Below, one piece after another: positions 17,087 to 26,839 of a stretch of DNA of 45,449 nt. Position 1 is the first letter of the stretch. Every line of letters starts with the position of its first letter. The translations under genes and the position numbers were made by a program. Below the pieces are notes generated by a model. The model searched no databases and was not told the DNA's origin. It saw only the letters and a list, made by a program, of their open reading frames with translations. Source of the stretch: Clostridia bacterium (GTDB lineage Bacteria; Bacillota; Clostridia; Christensenellales; QALW01); NCBI GenBank assembly GCA_045603265.1, contig JAZULU010000259.1, positions 1-45,449 of the forward strand, read 5' to 3'.

Positions 17087-17863
17087 ATGATTCTTGTACT
17101 TGATATCGGCAATACCAACGTAAAATTGGGCGTTTTTGATAAGGATAAATTAAAAGGAACGTGGCGAATTTCCACAGATTTAAGAAAAACCAGCGATGAA
17201 TATGGTATCGCTGTTCTTGAAATGCTTAAAACGGGTAACATTTCAGTAGATGATATTGAAGGTGTTATCATGTCCTCGGTAGTGCCGGGCATAAACTTTA
17301 CTATCGAGCATATGCTTAGCGATTATATTCACAAAAAACCAATTATTGTCGGTGCAGGTATCAAGACCGGACTTAACATTAAGATCGATAATCCCCGCGA
17401 GACCGGCGGAGATATTATTTGCGATGCCGTATCTGCCATAAAACGTTACGGCGGACCGGTAATTACCATTGATTTCGGCACGGCAACAACTATCTGCGCA
17501 ACCAATGAGAAAAATGAGTTTTTAGGCGGTTGCATTTTAGCCGGTGTAAGGGTTTCTTCCGATGCCCTTTCATCTAAGGCGGCAAATCTGCCATCCGTTG
17601 CCCTTGATCTTCCCGAAAGTATTTTGGGCAAAAACACCGTTCAATGTATGCAGGCAGGTCTTTTGTACGGCTACATCGGTCAGATAGAATATATCATCGG
17701 CAAAATGAAAAATGAAAAGGGCTTTGAAAATGCCCGTGTTATTGCAACGGGCGGTTTAGCAAAGACCATTGCCGTTCACACTAAAGTGATTGACGTTGTT
17801 GATTCTCGCCTTACCTTAGAAGGCTTAAGAATAATCTATTACATGAACAAAGAAGGTAAATAA
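17087..17863 (+). CDS. coaX: Type III pantothenate kinase
   Basis: MILVLDIGNTNVKLGVF (ASKHA phosphate-1 motif), ITIDFGTATT and ATGGLA. Confidence 0.9.
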   Translation: MILVLDIGNTNVKLGVFDKDKLKGTWRISTDLRKTSDEYGIAVLEMLKTGNISVDDIEGVIMSSVVPGINFTIEHMLSDYIHKKPIIVGAGIKTGLNIKIDNPRETGGDIICDAVSAIKRYGGPVITIDFGTATTICATNEKNEFLGGCILAGVRVSSDALSSKAANLPSVALDLPESILGKNTVQCMQAGLLYGYIGQIEYIIGKMKNEKGFENARVIATGGLAKTIAVHTKVIDVVDSRLTLEGLRIIYYMNKEGK

Positions 17864-17864
17864 C

Positions 17865-19622
17865 ATGAAAGAAACAGGAAAGATCTCAGTAAACTCTGAC
17901 AACTTGATGCCCATAATCAAAAAATGGCTTTATTCCGACCGCGATATTTTTATTCGTGAACTTGTATCCAACGGTGTTGACGCCATAAGCAAGTACAAGA
18001 AGCTTGTTGAAATGGGTGAGGCTGAAGCAAGGGAAAACTATAAAGTTACCGTTAAAGCCGATAAAGATGCTTCTACGTTGACTTTTACCGATAACGGCAT
18101 CGGCATGACTAAAGAAGAAGTTGAAAAATACATCAATCAGGTAGCATTCTCAGGCGCTGCTGACTTTTTGGAAAAGTATGAAGATGCAGGCAACAGTATT
18201 ATCGGTCATTTCGGTTTAGGTTTTTATTCAGCATTTATGGTTGCCGATAAGGTTGAGATCCGTACTCTTTCATATAAGGAAAACGCTTCCGCCATTTTGT
18301 GGGAAAGCGATGGCAGTGATGAATATACTATCTCTGATTGCGATAAAACCGATTTCGGTACGGAAATTACTCTTTACTTAAACGATGAGAGCAAAGATTT
18401 TAGTGAAAATTCCGCAGTTCTGCCCGTTTTAACAAAGTATTGCGGTTTTATGCCCGTTGAAATTTATCTTGAGGGCAATGAAGAAAAAATAAACGATACA
18501 CTTCCTTTATGGCTTAAAAAGCCTTCCGAGTGTTCTGAGGAAGAATATAAAAACTTCTATCATAAAGTTTTCACTGATTTTAACGATCCCTTATTCTGGA
18601 TCCACTTAAACGTTGATTATCCCTTTAACTTAAAGGGCATAATCTATTTCCCCAAACTTACCGAAAATCCCGATAGCGTTCAGGGACAGATAAAGTTATT
18701 TAACAATCAAGTTTTCGTTGCAGATAATATTAAGGAAATTATCCCCGAATTTTTGATGCTTTTAAAGGGCGTTATTGATTGTCCCGATATGCCCCTTAAC
18801 GTTTCACGCAGTTTCTTACAGAATGACAGAACAGTTCAGCAGATATCCAATCACATTACCAAAAAGATTGCCGACCGTCTTACGGGTATGGCTAAAAACG
18901 AAATCGAAACTTTTGAAAAGTATTGGGATGATATTAACGTTTTCATCAAATACGGCTGTATGCGCGACCAGAAGTTTGACGATCGCCTTAAAGAGCATAT
19001 TATCTATAAAACTACCGAAGATAAGTATATTACCCTTGAAAAATATCTTGAGGGGGCAGAGGATAAAAAGGTTTACTACGCAACTGACAAAAAACAGCAG
19101 GCACAGTACGTTTCAATGCTCACTGAATCAGGTAAAACCGTAGTTATTTTGGGCGGCATGCTTGATATTCCTTTCATGCAACACATCGAAATGCAGAATC
19201 AAGGCGTGCGCTTTGCCCGCGTTGATGCTGAGATCGCAGGTGAGGATGTTAAAAATCATCTTTTTGATATGCTTTGCGAGTATACTAAAAAGGTTGCAGG
19301 CGAAAACGTTGAAATTAAGGCGCAAGGTTTAAAGACAAAAGCACCTGCGGTACTTCTTCTTGATGAGTTTTCGCGTCGTATGGAGGAAGCACAACGCTAT
19401 TACGGTATGCAGAATATGGGCGGTATGCTTAAATATACTCTTGTTTTAAATACAGAAAGTTCACTTGTTCAGGCAATCAACAAAATGGACGACGGCGAGA
19501 AAAAGGAACAAAGCGTAAAATACGTTTACGATCTTGCGCGCCTCCAGCATGGCACTCTTTCGCCTGAGGATGTTTCTGCCTTTGTTGAAAACAGTGCAAA
19601 ACTTCTGGAGGACACACTGTGA
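17865..19622 (+). CDS. htpG: Molecular chaperone HtpG (Hsp90 family)
   Basis: IRELVSNGVDAISK, DNGIGMT and GHFGLGFYSAFMVADKV (GHKL ATPase motifs), plus LNVSRSFLQ. The start lies 1 nt after the coaX stop. Confidence 0.9.
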   Translation: MKETGKISVNSDNLMPIIKKWLYSDRDIFIRELVSNGVDAISKYKKLVEMGEAEARENYKVTVKADKDASTLTFTDNGIGMTKEEVEKYINQVAFSGAADFLEKYEDAGNSIIGHFGLGFYSAFMVADKVEIRTLSYKENASAILWESDGSDEYTISDCDKTDFGTEITLYLNDESKDFSENSAVLPVLTKYCGFMPVEIYLEGNEEKINDTLPLWLKKPSECSEEEYKNFYHKVFTDFNDPLFWIHLNVDYPFNLKGIIYFPKLTENPDSVQGQIKLFNNQVFVADNIKEIIPEFLMLLKGVIDCPDMPLNVSRSFLQNDRTVQQISNHITKKIADRLTGMAKNEIETFEKYWDDINVFIKYGCMRDQKFDDRLKEHIIYKTTEDKYITLEKYLEGAEDKKVYYATDKKQQAQYVSMLTESGKTVVILGGMLDIPFMQHIEMQNQGVRFARVDAEIAGEDVKNHLFDMLCEYTKKVAGENVEIKAQGLKTKAPAVLLLDEFSRRMEEAQRYYGMQNMGGMLKYTLVLNTESSLVQAINKMDDGEKKEQSVKYVYDLARLQHGTLSPEDVSAFVENSAKLLEDTL

Positions 19623-20086
19623 TCGACGGAATAGTATATACTTCAAACACCGGTTTTACAAAAAGATACGCCCAAAAACTTTCGGAAATAACCCAAATAC
19701 CTCTTTATGAACTTAACGATAAAAGTCTTAAAAAGGGAAGTAAAGTTGTTTATTTAGGTTGGCTTATGGCAGGGCAACTGAAAGGCTATAAAAAAGCAAA
19801 AAGAAAGTTTGATATTGTGGCAGTAGGCGCAGTTTCTTTGGGAACGGGTGCTGAGGAAACTAAAAAGGCAAACAAAATAACTTGCCCCGTATATTGGCTT
19901 CAAGGCGGCATGGATCACCAAAAACTTACGGGCATCTATAAAACTATGATAGATACTCTTATTAGATTTTTGGAAAAAAGAAACGATGAAAGCCAAAAAG
20001 AAATGCTTAATATGATAAAAGCAGACGGCGATTATTATAACGAAGCAAATCTAAAGGAAATAATTGAATATATAAAAATAAGGTAA
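19619..20086 (+). CDS. Flavodoxin-like domain protein
   Basis: GTG start overlaps the htpG stop (GTGA) and GGAGGA lies 7 nt upstream. The N-terminus IVYTSNTGFTKRYAQ is typical of flavodoxin-fold proteins. The family call is weak. Confidence 0.5.
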   Translation: MIDGIVYTSNTGFTKRYAQKLSEITQIPLYELNDKSLKKGSKVVYLGWLMAGQLKGYKKAKRKFDIVAVGAVSLGTGAEETKKANKITCPVYWLQGGMDHQKLTGIYKTMIDTLIRFLEKRNDESQKEMLNMIKADGDYYNEANLKEIIEYIKIR

Positions 20087-20108
20087 GCAAAAATGCTTAC
20101 CTTTTTTT
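20082..20108. terminator. Bidirectional terminator between convergent operons
   Basis: ggtaagc / aaaaat / gcttacc followed by T7. Confidence 0.7.
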
Positions 20109-20457
20109 AAAGATAAAAAACAATTATTCCCAGAACAACTAAAACATTGCCGATTATCTTTTTCTTTGTAAGTTTTTCTTTGAAAAAGAAGAAAGATAAA
20201 ATCGTAACGAGTGCAGGACCTATTGCTTCAATAACCGGTGCTTCCTTATAGTCAAGCCCGAATTTATAGGCGATTATAGGCAAAACCATTGAAACAAGCA
20301 AAAGTCCGTAGCCTGAAATAACGTAAATGTTAAGATATTCCCTTATGGCTGAGGAATATTCTTTTTTTGCGCCTGACTTGAGCATAACTTGCGAAAATGA
20401 GGCAATTACAACTGAGGCGCACATTAAAATAATTGCAAATATTTTAGGCATTGTCAC
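20107..20457 (-). CDS. Small 4-TM DMT/EamA-type protein (ArnE/ArnF-like flippase subunit)
   Basis: 116 aa with four TM helices. It is paired with a paralog of equal size and overlaps it by 14 nt. Confidence 0.65.
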   Translation of the reverse strand: MTMPKIFAIILMCASVVIASFSQVMLKSGAKKEYSSAIREYLNIYVISGYGLLLVSMVLPIIAYKFGLDYKEAPVIEAIGPALVTILSFFFFKEKLTKKKIIGNVLVVLGIIVFYL

Positions 20458-20794
20458 TATTTACTATCAGCGTACCTAAAACGATGATAATAACTCCTAT
20501 AATATTTTGAGGGCGGATTTGTTCTGAAAAGATCAAAAATGCCCATAACATTGAATAGATGATCGCCATGGATCTGTTGACGTATGCAATAGAAAGATCA
20601 ACACGCTTGATGATCTGCTGCCATAAGATTGCATAAACGCCTAAAACTAAGAACTCACAGCCGAACCACAAGATGAAACCCGTTGAGAGGGTCGGGTGGT
20701 TGCTTGCAAGTTTGCCGCACACAGCCGCCAAAGTATAGATGACGACTGTAGCCTGCAATAATAAAGCCATTTTAAGGCTTAATTTTTTCTTCAT
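20444..20794 (-). CDS. Small 4-TM DMT/EamA-type protein (ArnE/ArnF-like flippase subunit)
   Basis: 116 aa with four TM helices. It overlaps the upstream GT2 gene by 4 nt. Confidence 0.65.
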   Translation of the reverse strand: MKKKLSLKMALLLQATVVIYTLAAVCGKLASNHPTLSTGFILWFGCEFLVLGVYAILWQQIIKRVDLSIAYVNRSMAIIYSMLWAFLIFSEQIRPQNIIGVIIIVLGTLIVNSDNA

Positions 20795-21732
20795 TCTTTT
20801 ATCTCCGCAGATTCTTCTTTTATAACTTCGCGGATGACATACTGGGGTGAACAGTTCATGCTGATATAGATTCTGCCTACATATTCACCGATCATGCCAA
20901 GCATAAGCATGATCATACCGCACATGAAAACGAACATTGACATCAGAGCCGAGAAACCTGCCTGAATATCAGGTAACACTAAACGCTTGATAATTGTATA
21001 AATGCCGTATATGAATCCGCCGCCTGCGCATAAAGCACCGATTATTGTGGCAATGCGCAAAGGCTTAATTGAAAATGCCGTAAAACCGTTAAACCAAAGA
21101 CCCAACAACTTTTTTAAAGTGTAACCGGAAGTACCTTCGGTCCGTGAACGGTGATTTACTTCTACGTTGGCAATATTCTTTGTTGCGCGCAAAACAAGAC
21201 CGATAACGTAAGCATATGAATGTTCATAACGAAGCATATCGTCTACGATAAAACGTTTTGCGGCAAAGTAACTGGAAATATAAAGATCCTTAGGCTTTCC
21301 AAGCATAACGCAAGTCATCAGTTCGTTGACTTTGCTTCCGAAATTGCGGAAAAGGCTGTGCTTTTTCTTGCCGTAACTGGCATAAACAACGTCATAACCT
21401 TCATTTAATTTGTCTAAAATTTTATTGACTTCGTTTGCAGGAGTCTGTCCGTCATCGTCAAGACAAACGATAATGTCGCCTTTTGCCTGGCGCATACCTG
21501 CCATCAAAGCCGCATGCTGACCAAAGTTCTTTGCCAGATCAACACCGATAATATTGGAGTTGTCTTTACATAATTGACGGATTGTACCAATAGTGTTATC
21601 AGGCGATGAGTCATTTACAAGAATGATCTCATATTCACCGATAGTTGACATTGTATCTTTGATTTCCTCAACTACCTTAGGTAATGTTTTCTCCGAGCGG
21701 TAACAAGGAATTACAAAACTGATCAAACCCAT
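20791..21732 (-). CDS. GT2 polyprenol-phosphate glycosyltransferase (ArnC/CsbB/GtrB type)
   Basis: ISFVIPCYRSEKTL, ILVNDSSPDNT and DDDGQTP (DXD region), plus two C-terminal TM helices. This is the architecture of C55-P sugar synthases. Confidence 0.85.
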   Translation of the reverse strand: MGLISFVIPCYRSEKTLPKVVEEIKDTMSTIGEYEIILVNDSSPDNTIGTIRQLCKDNSNIIGVDLAKNFGQHAALMAGMRQAKGDIIVCLDDDGQTPANEVNKILDKLNEGYDVVYASYGKKKHSLFRNFGSKVNELMTCVMLGKPKDLYISSYFAAKRFIVDDMLRYEHSYAYVIGLVLRATKNIANVEVNHRSRTEGTSGYTLKKLLGLWFNGFTAFSIKPLRIATIIGALCAGGGFIYGIYTIIKRLVLPDIQAGFSALMSMFVFMCGMIMLMLGMIGEYVGRIYISMNCSPQYVIREVIKEESAEIKE

Positions 21733-22262
21733 TATTTATCCTCCGAATTGATAATTCCCATCAGAACGATATCTCTGTAAACACCTTTAATGCAAACATC
21801 GTCCTTTAAATAGGCTTCCTGAACAAAACCTGCTTTTTCATAACTGCGGATAGCCTGCTTATTATCGGCAAACACTCTTAAAAACAGACGGTGCAGTTTT
21901 AACTGTTCAAAACAGTAGCGCACCATAAGTTGTGCCGCTTGTGAGCCTACACCTTTGCCTCTTGCTTCTGCTTCACCGATAAAAATGCCGTACTCGGCTT
22001 TGTTGTGAGTTTTATCGATATCGCGGATATATACGCTGCCAACGGGAAGATCACTATCTTTAAGGCAGATTATAAGTTGATCTACCTTGCCTGTTTCCAC
22101 CATGGTGCGGATCCAGTTTTCGTGGGACTCCTTTGTAAAAAGTTCCTGATATATAAAGTTGTTGCGTACAAAATCGGAATTTCTCCACTTTACGATATTT
22201 TCCGTATCGGAATATTCCATTTTGCGAAGATAAATATTATCGTTTTCAATAACTTTTTGCAT
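21732..22262 (-). CDS. GNAT family N-acetyltransferase (PseH/RimL-like)
   Basis: LRKMEYSDTENIVKWRNSDFVRNNF and the acetyl-CoA loop ARGKGVGSQAA. Confidence 0.8.
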   Translation of the reverse strand: MQKVIENDNIYLRKMEYSDTENIVKWRNSDFVRNNFIYQELFTKESHENWIRTMVETGKVDQLIICLKDSDLPVGSVYIRDIDKTHNKAEYGIFIGEAEARGKGVGSQAAQLMVRYCFEQLKLHRLFLRVFADNKQAIRSYEKAGFVQEAYLKDDVCIKGVYRDIVLMGIINSEDK

Positions 22263-22273
22263 TTTTTACTCCA

Positions 22274-23404
22274 TTATACATGAAAAAATTCTTTTATCTT
22301 GGAAATGATATACTCTGTTTTTTCAGGCTCAAGACCGTAGTAAAGGGGCAGTCTTACAAGACGCTCGCTTTCCTTTGTGGTGTACTTGTCCTCACCGTGG
22401 AAACGGCCGTACTTTACGCCTGCAGGTGCTGAGTGCAAGGGAATATAATGAAATACCGAAAGAATATCATTTTCTTTCAAGAAATTAATAAACGCAGTTC
22501 TTTCTTCAAGATCTTTACACTTTAAATAGAACATATGTGCATTGTGTGTGCAATGCTCAGGAATAAAGGGAAGTTCAATAAGTCCCTTTTCTTCCAACGG
22601 TTTAAGGGCGTTATAGTATGTGTTCCATACGTTCATACGGCTGTTGAAAATATCTTCAACGCTTTCAAACTGTGCCCAAAGATATGCGGCATTCATGTCG
22701 CTGGGAAGATAACTTGAGCCAAAGTCCACCCAAGTGTATTTATCGATCTGACCGCGGAAGAATTTTGCGCGGTTAGTACCCTTTTCACGAATAATTTCAG
22801 CCTGCTCAACGAACTTTTCGTCTTTAATTAAAAGTGCACCGCCTTCGCCCATTGAATAGTTTTTCGTTTCATGGAAGGAGTAACAACCGAAATCACCGAT
22901 AGCACCTAACTGCTGACCCTTATAAGTTGCGGTTACGCCTTGTGCGGCATCTTCAACAACAAGGAGATTGTATTTTTTTGCGATCTCCATGATCTTATCC
23001 ATTTCGCAGGAAACACCTGCATAATGCACCGGAACTATTACCTTTGTTTTATCGGTGATGGCATCTTCAATTAAGTTTTCATCAATATTCAAAGTGTCGG
23101 GACGAATGTCAACAAACACGACCGTTGCACCGCGGGAAACAAAAGCGTCGGCAGTAGAAACGAAGGTGTATGAAGGCATAATAACTTCGTCACCCGGTTT
23201 AATATCACAAAGAATTGCCGCCATTTCCAACGCATGAGTGCAAGAAGTGGTAAGTAAAGCCTTTTTAGTTAAGGTTTTATCTTCGATCCACTTGTTGCAA
23301 AGTTTGGTAAAAGGACCGTCACCGCAGATCTTTTTGTTTTCTACGGCTTGCTTTACATATTCAATTTCTTTACCCACAAAGGGCGGTACGTTAAAACTAA
23401 TCAT
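22274..23404 (-). CDS. DegT/DnrJ/EryC1-type aminotransferase, WecE-like (dTDP-4-keto-6-deoxyhexose 4-aminotransferase)
   Basis: 376 aa. Contains FNVPPFVGKEIEYVKQAVENKKICGDGPFTKLCNKWIE, EVIMPSYTFVSTA, VPVHYAGV and SFHETKN (PLP lysine). It closely resembles the E. coli WecE pattern as I recall it. Confidence 0.85.
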   Translation of the reverse strand: MISFNVPPFVGKEIEYVKQAVENKKICGDGPFTKLCNKWIEDKTLTKKALLTTSCTHALEMAAILCDIKPGDEVIMPSYTFVSTADAFVSRGATVVFVDIRPDTLNIDENLIEDAITDKTKVIVPVHYAGVSCEMDKIMEIAKKYNLLVVEDAAQGVTATYKGQQLGAIGDFGCYSFHETKNYSMGEGGALLIKDEKFVEQAEIIREKGTNRAKFFRGQIDKYTWVDFGSSYLPSDMNAAYLWAQFESVEDIFNSRMNVWNTYYNALKPLEEKGLIELPFIPEHCTHNAHMFYLKCKDLEERTAFINFLKENDILSVFHYIPLHSAPAGVKYGRFHGEDKYTTKESERLVRLPLYYGLEPEKTEYIISKIKEFFHV

Positions 23405-25758
23405 ACTTCTTTTCTCCGTTTCTTTTTAAGTAAAACACAAAGTGCGCCGTAAATGATAAATGCACACCCTGAGATTATAAGACCTTCAATAAAGTAAGGT
23501 GTTTTATATTTTAATTCTATTTGGTGCCGACCTTTTGTAACTTTTATTGCCATAAAAGCATAGTCAGCACTTTCGATTTCAACTTCGTTGCCGTCAATAT
23601 AGGCTTTCCAGCCGTCCTCATTGGGGATGGGAAGCATAATATAACCGTCAGAGTCGGTATTAACAGTACCGCTGAGCGTACTTTGCTTAACGGGCTTTTT
23701 GATGGTGACAGTTGAAACATCTGAATTTTCACCGTTAAAAGATGTTTTCATAATGAGAGTATCTTTTATTATTTCATTTTTTTCTTCAGGTGAAAGCAGT
23801 ATATATTCTTCGTAAGTGATCGCTTTTGTGTAGACTTTGCCAACACCTGTGCAGGCGGTATTTTCGTATATCATTACAGTGCCTGAAGTATGGATAAGTT
23901 TATACTCATCAATATCATCAAGGGGTGAAGTTGAAAGAATATATTTTACGCCTAAAAGGGAAGCAACGTTTACGTCATCATAAATTTCCCTGAAATCGTA
24001 GTAGCCGTTAGCCTGAGTTACATGAAAATCGGGGCAGACGTTGGTTACAAATGAAATAATATCCTTATTTACCACCGAGTTATAAACCGAAACGCCGTAA
24101 TAACCTTGGATCATACTGTCGTTAAGGAAAGCAACGTCATTAAAAGTTTTGTCGGTGCGGAAGAAACTTTCGTCAGAATTATTTATATATTCAAGTGCGC
24201 TTTTTACGTCATCATTGCCTAAGTCTTGATAAATTTTAGGATTCAACTTGCCCGTAGGTATGCGGAAGTTGTTTGTAATATAACTGTCAGCAAAAACGTT
24301 TGTAAAAATAAGTGTTAGCGAAAGCACCGCCAATAGGGAAGAGCGTTTTGGATTTTTGTTCTGATAGATAACGAGAAGTACGGTAAGGATAAGCGCCATT
24401 AACAGATAAACCAACGCAACTAAAATTCCTTTTTTCTGTATTGGCGGTATGGTAATTATACTGTAGGCAAGAACTAAGACTTCAACCGCCCCTGCAATAA
24501 TAAGTTGAGTTTTTGAAACTTGGCGGTTAAATATTTTTTCAAGCATCATCGCTAAGCAAATAGCAAAAAGAGGCATAATAAGATATGTGTAACGGAAAAA
24601 GTGCACCACAAATCCGTTAAGTACCATACTTAATAACGGGTGGAAAGCAAGGCAGATTATAATTAAAACTGCCAGAATTTTCAAAATTTTCGTTTTAAGT
24701 AAAACGCTTTTGTCTTTTACGGTGTCGGTTACAAATAAACTTAAGAAAAATACTATAAAACTTGTGAAAAACCACTGGGGCATTTCATAATAGTTAAGAA
24801 CGCCCAGGTAACCGGTAGTACCCAAAAGGTTGTTTGAAAAAATTCTTGAAATTATACCGTTAAAGGTCGCCTTGTCATATATAGGCAAGGTAAGATACAG
24901 TTTTACCGTTTCAAATATTGAGCGGTCGCTTGCTAAACGTGCACTTGTTGTAACGATGGTGTTTACCGATGGCAGGAATAAACATGCTGCCATGGCAATG
25001 CCAAGTATCACCGCGCCAAACATCAGCGCGATCTTTATAAAAAACTTACCCGCATCTTTCAGCGTGTGTGTTGCAATAAGCCTGAAAAGTGCGTACACAG
25101 CGGTAACGATAAGCATCATGTACGCGTAATAATATGAGTTGAACGCGCTGAAAAAAACACCTAATGCAAGATATAGATAACCTGTTTTGGAAACAAGGCA
25201 TTTTTCAACGGCAAACAAAAGAAAGCAAATAATAGCGCATGCCGTAGCAAAGAAATAATGCTGACCCCATAACATTATGAAGCCGTTAAAGGCGAAGACG
25301 TATGAAACAGTCACCTTAACTTTATTGGAAAGTTTAAAGCAATTTAGATATAAATATCCCGTAAGCCCGGTAACAATAATTTTAAGTATATGAACGAAGA
25401 TAATCGCATATTTAAGTTTATCAGCATCAAATAAGCATAATATCCAAGTAAAAATACTTCCCACATCGGTCTGACGCGTAACTGCATTTGTACCTAAGCC
25501 ATGCGTAAAATCCCAGAAAGTAAAGTCCCCATTTGCAAGTTTGCGTTGTAACGATTCAAAGAAAGGGTAGTAAACGTTCTGGGTATCGCTGCCAACATCG
25601 GTAAACATAAAAACTTCCCCTAAGAAAAGATATGGGAAGAATATAAATACCGATGACAGTATTATTAAAGCAACCAACGTAAGAATAGGGTGGTTGTTTA
25701 CTGCGTTTTTTAAAAAAACGTAAAGTTTTTTCACAAACAATACCTCAAAATAAAGCAC
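23401..25758 (-). CDS. YfhO family polytopic membrane glycosyltransferase (GT-C like)
   Basis: About 780 aa with more than 12 TM helices, a large extracytoplasmic C-terminal domain and a final TM, as in YfhO. The more likely start is GTG 25734, with GAGGT 7 nt upstream. The first GTG (25758) is only about 11 nt from the predicted TSS. Confidence 0.8.
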   Translation of the reverse strand: MLYFEVLFVKKLYVFLKNAVNNHPILTLVALIILSSVFIFFPYLFLGEVFMFTDVGSDTQNVYYPFFESLQRKLANGDFTFWDFTHGLGTNAVTRQTDVGSIFTWILCLFDADKLKYAIIFVHILKIIVTGLTGYLYLNCFKLSNKVKVTVSYVFAFNGFIMLWGQHYFFATACAIICFLLFAVEKCLVSKTGYLYLALGVFFSAFNSYYYAYMMLIVTAVYALFRLIATHTLKDAGKFFIKIALMFGAVILGIAMAACLFLPSVNTIVTTSARLASDRSIFETVKLYLTLPIYDKATFNGIISRIFSNNLLGTTGYLGVLNYYEMPQWFFTSFIVFFLSLFVTDTVKDKSVLLKTKILKILAVLIIICLAFHPLLSMVLNGFVVHFFRYTYLIMPLFAICLAMMLEKIFNRQVSKTQLIIAGAVEVLVLAYSIITIPPIQKKGILVALVYLLMALILTVLLVIYQNKNPKRSSLLAVLSLTLIFTNVFADSYITNNFRIPTGKLNPKIYQDLGNDDVKSALEYINNSDESFFRTDKTFNDVAFLNDSMIQGYYGVSVYNSVVNKDIISFVTNVCPDFHVTQANGYYDFREIYDDVNVASLLGVKYILSTSPLDDIDEYKLIHTSGTVMIYENTACTGVGKVYTKAITYEEYILLSPEEKNEIIKDTLIMKTSFNGENSDVSTVTIKKPVKQSTLSGTVNTDSDGYIMLPIPNEDGWKAYIDGNEVEIESADYAFMAIKVTKGRHQIELKYKTPYFIEGLIISGCAFIIYGALCVLLKKKRRKEV

Positions 25759-25775
25759 ATAATTACTTATTATGA

Positions 25776-25804
25776 ATTATATCACTTATGTATATGTTTG
25801 TCAA
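25776..25804 (-). promoter_or_regulatory. Consensus sigma-70 promoter of the yfhO-...-arnEF-like operon
   Basis: Minus strand has TTGACA (25804-25799), a 17-nt spacer and TATAAT (25781-25776). Confidence 0.65.
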
Positions 25805-25833
25805 GAAAAGCACCCGATAAAATCGGGTGCTTT
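25800..25833 (-). terminator. Terminator of the TraB/GumN gene
   Basis: aaagcacccgat / aaa / atcgggtgcttt forms a 12-bp stem, with a U-rich tract on the minus strand. Confidence 0.65.
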
Positions 25834-25840
25834 CATGGTG

Positions 25841-26824
25841 TTATTTAATAAGTTCTACCTTGTAACCGAGGCTTTCAAGATTCTCTTTAACGGCGCCCGG
25901 ACCTACAATATGAGCGGTGCCTACAGCAATAAAAACTTCTTTTCCTGATTTCAATGCATTTTCTGCATATTCCGTCATGGATTTATTGCGGGAGGTTATC
26001 ATTTTTTCGTTATATTCATCAAGATAGGGTTTTTCTTCATCGGTAATATCTGGATCTTCTTCATTTAACAGATCAATGATCTTCTTTTCGTCACCCTCAT
26101 ACCATGCTTGCATCAGTTCTTCCATATCCTCTTTTGTATCGGATAAATCGTTATAAGATTCTATTGAGCCTTCAAGCATCATTACTTGAAGTTCCGGTGA
26201 AAAGCCTGCAAGCATGTTGTACTGAAATTCAGCAGATTCAACGTCAAGAATTTCAATGTTTTTATCCATTGCATGTTTGATAAGATGTGAGTCAACGCCT
26301 AAATTTGTGTCGATTCCAAGTTTTTCGTAAACGATACTATCAATAAGGCTTGAAAACATGGCAGGCTTATAAAGATCAAGCATTTCCATATAAAAACCGT
26401 TTTTCTTTAAAATCTCAACAGATTCATTATAAATCTTTTCGGGTACATGATCTTTTAAAGTAGTGCCGTCGGTATAGATCAGCGCTTGCAAACTTGCCTG
26501 CTGGGCGGCAAAGTCAGTTCCAAATTTAACGATATCAAATTCTACTGCCAACGCATCGCTGTTATCTAAAGCGTTCATAACGTAATCGGGCAGGGGATAA
26601 TAGTTTTCTCTGCCAACGTGAATTGTGCCGAAAAGCCACAAAACGTTACCTGAATCATCGGTAACTTTAAATAATAAAGGAGTGCTTTGTTCCGAGTTAT
26701 CACCAAAGATAAGTTGGACAACATTGCCGTTTTTATCATTTTCGGAATCGCCTTCTCTTTTTTCACAAGCAATAAAAGAGAAACAAAGTATCAGCGTTAA
26801 AAATAGGGCAATAATTTTTTTCAT
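25841..26824 (-). CDS. TraB/GumN family lipoprotein
   Basis: Lipobox LCFSFIAC, with LWLFGTIHVG near the N-terminus and AVGTAHIVG near the C-terminus (family hallmarks). Confidence 0.7.
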   Translation of the reverse strand: MKKIIALFLTLILCFSFIACEKREGDSENDKNGNVVQLIFGDNSEQSTPLLFKVTDDSGNVLWLFGTIHVGRENYYPLPDYVMNALDNSDALAVEFDIVKFGTDFAAQQASLQALIYTDGTTLKDHVPEKIYNESVEILKKNGFYMEMLDLYKPAMFSSLIDSIVYEKLGIDTNLGVDSHLIKHAMDKNIEILDVESAEFQYNMLAGFSPELQVMMLEGSIESYNDLSDTKEDMEELMQAWYEGDEKKIIDLLNEEDPDITDEEKPYLDEYNEKMITSRNKSMTEYAENALKSGKEVFIAVGTAHIVGPGAVKENLESLGYKVELIK

Positions 26825-26839
26825 AAAGATACCTCTTTT

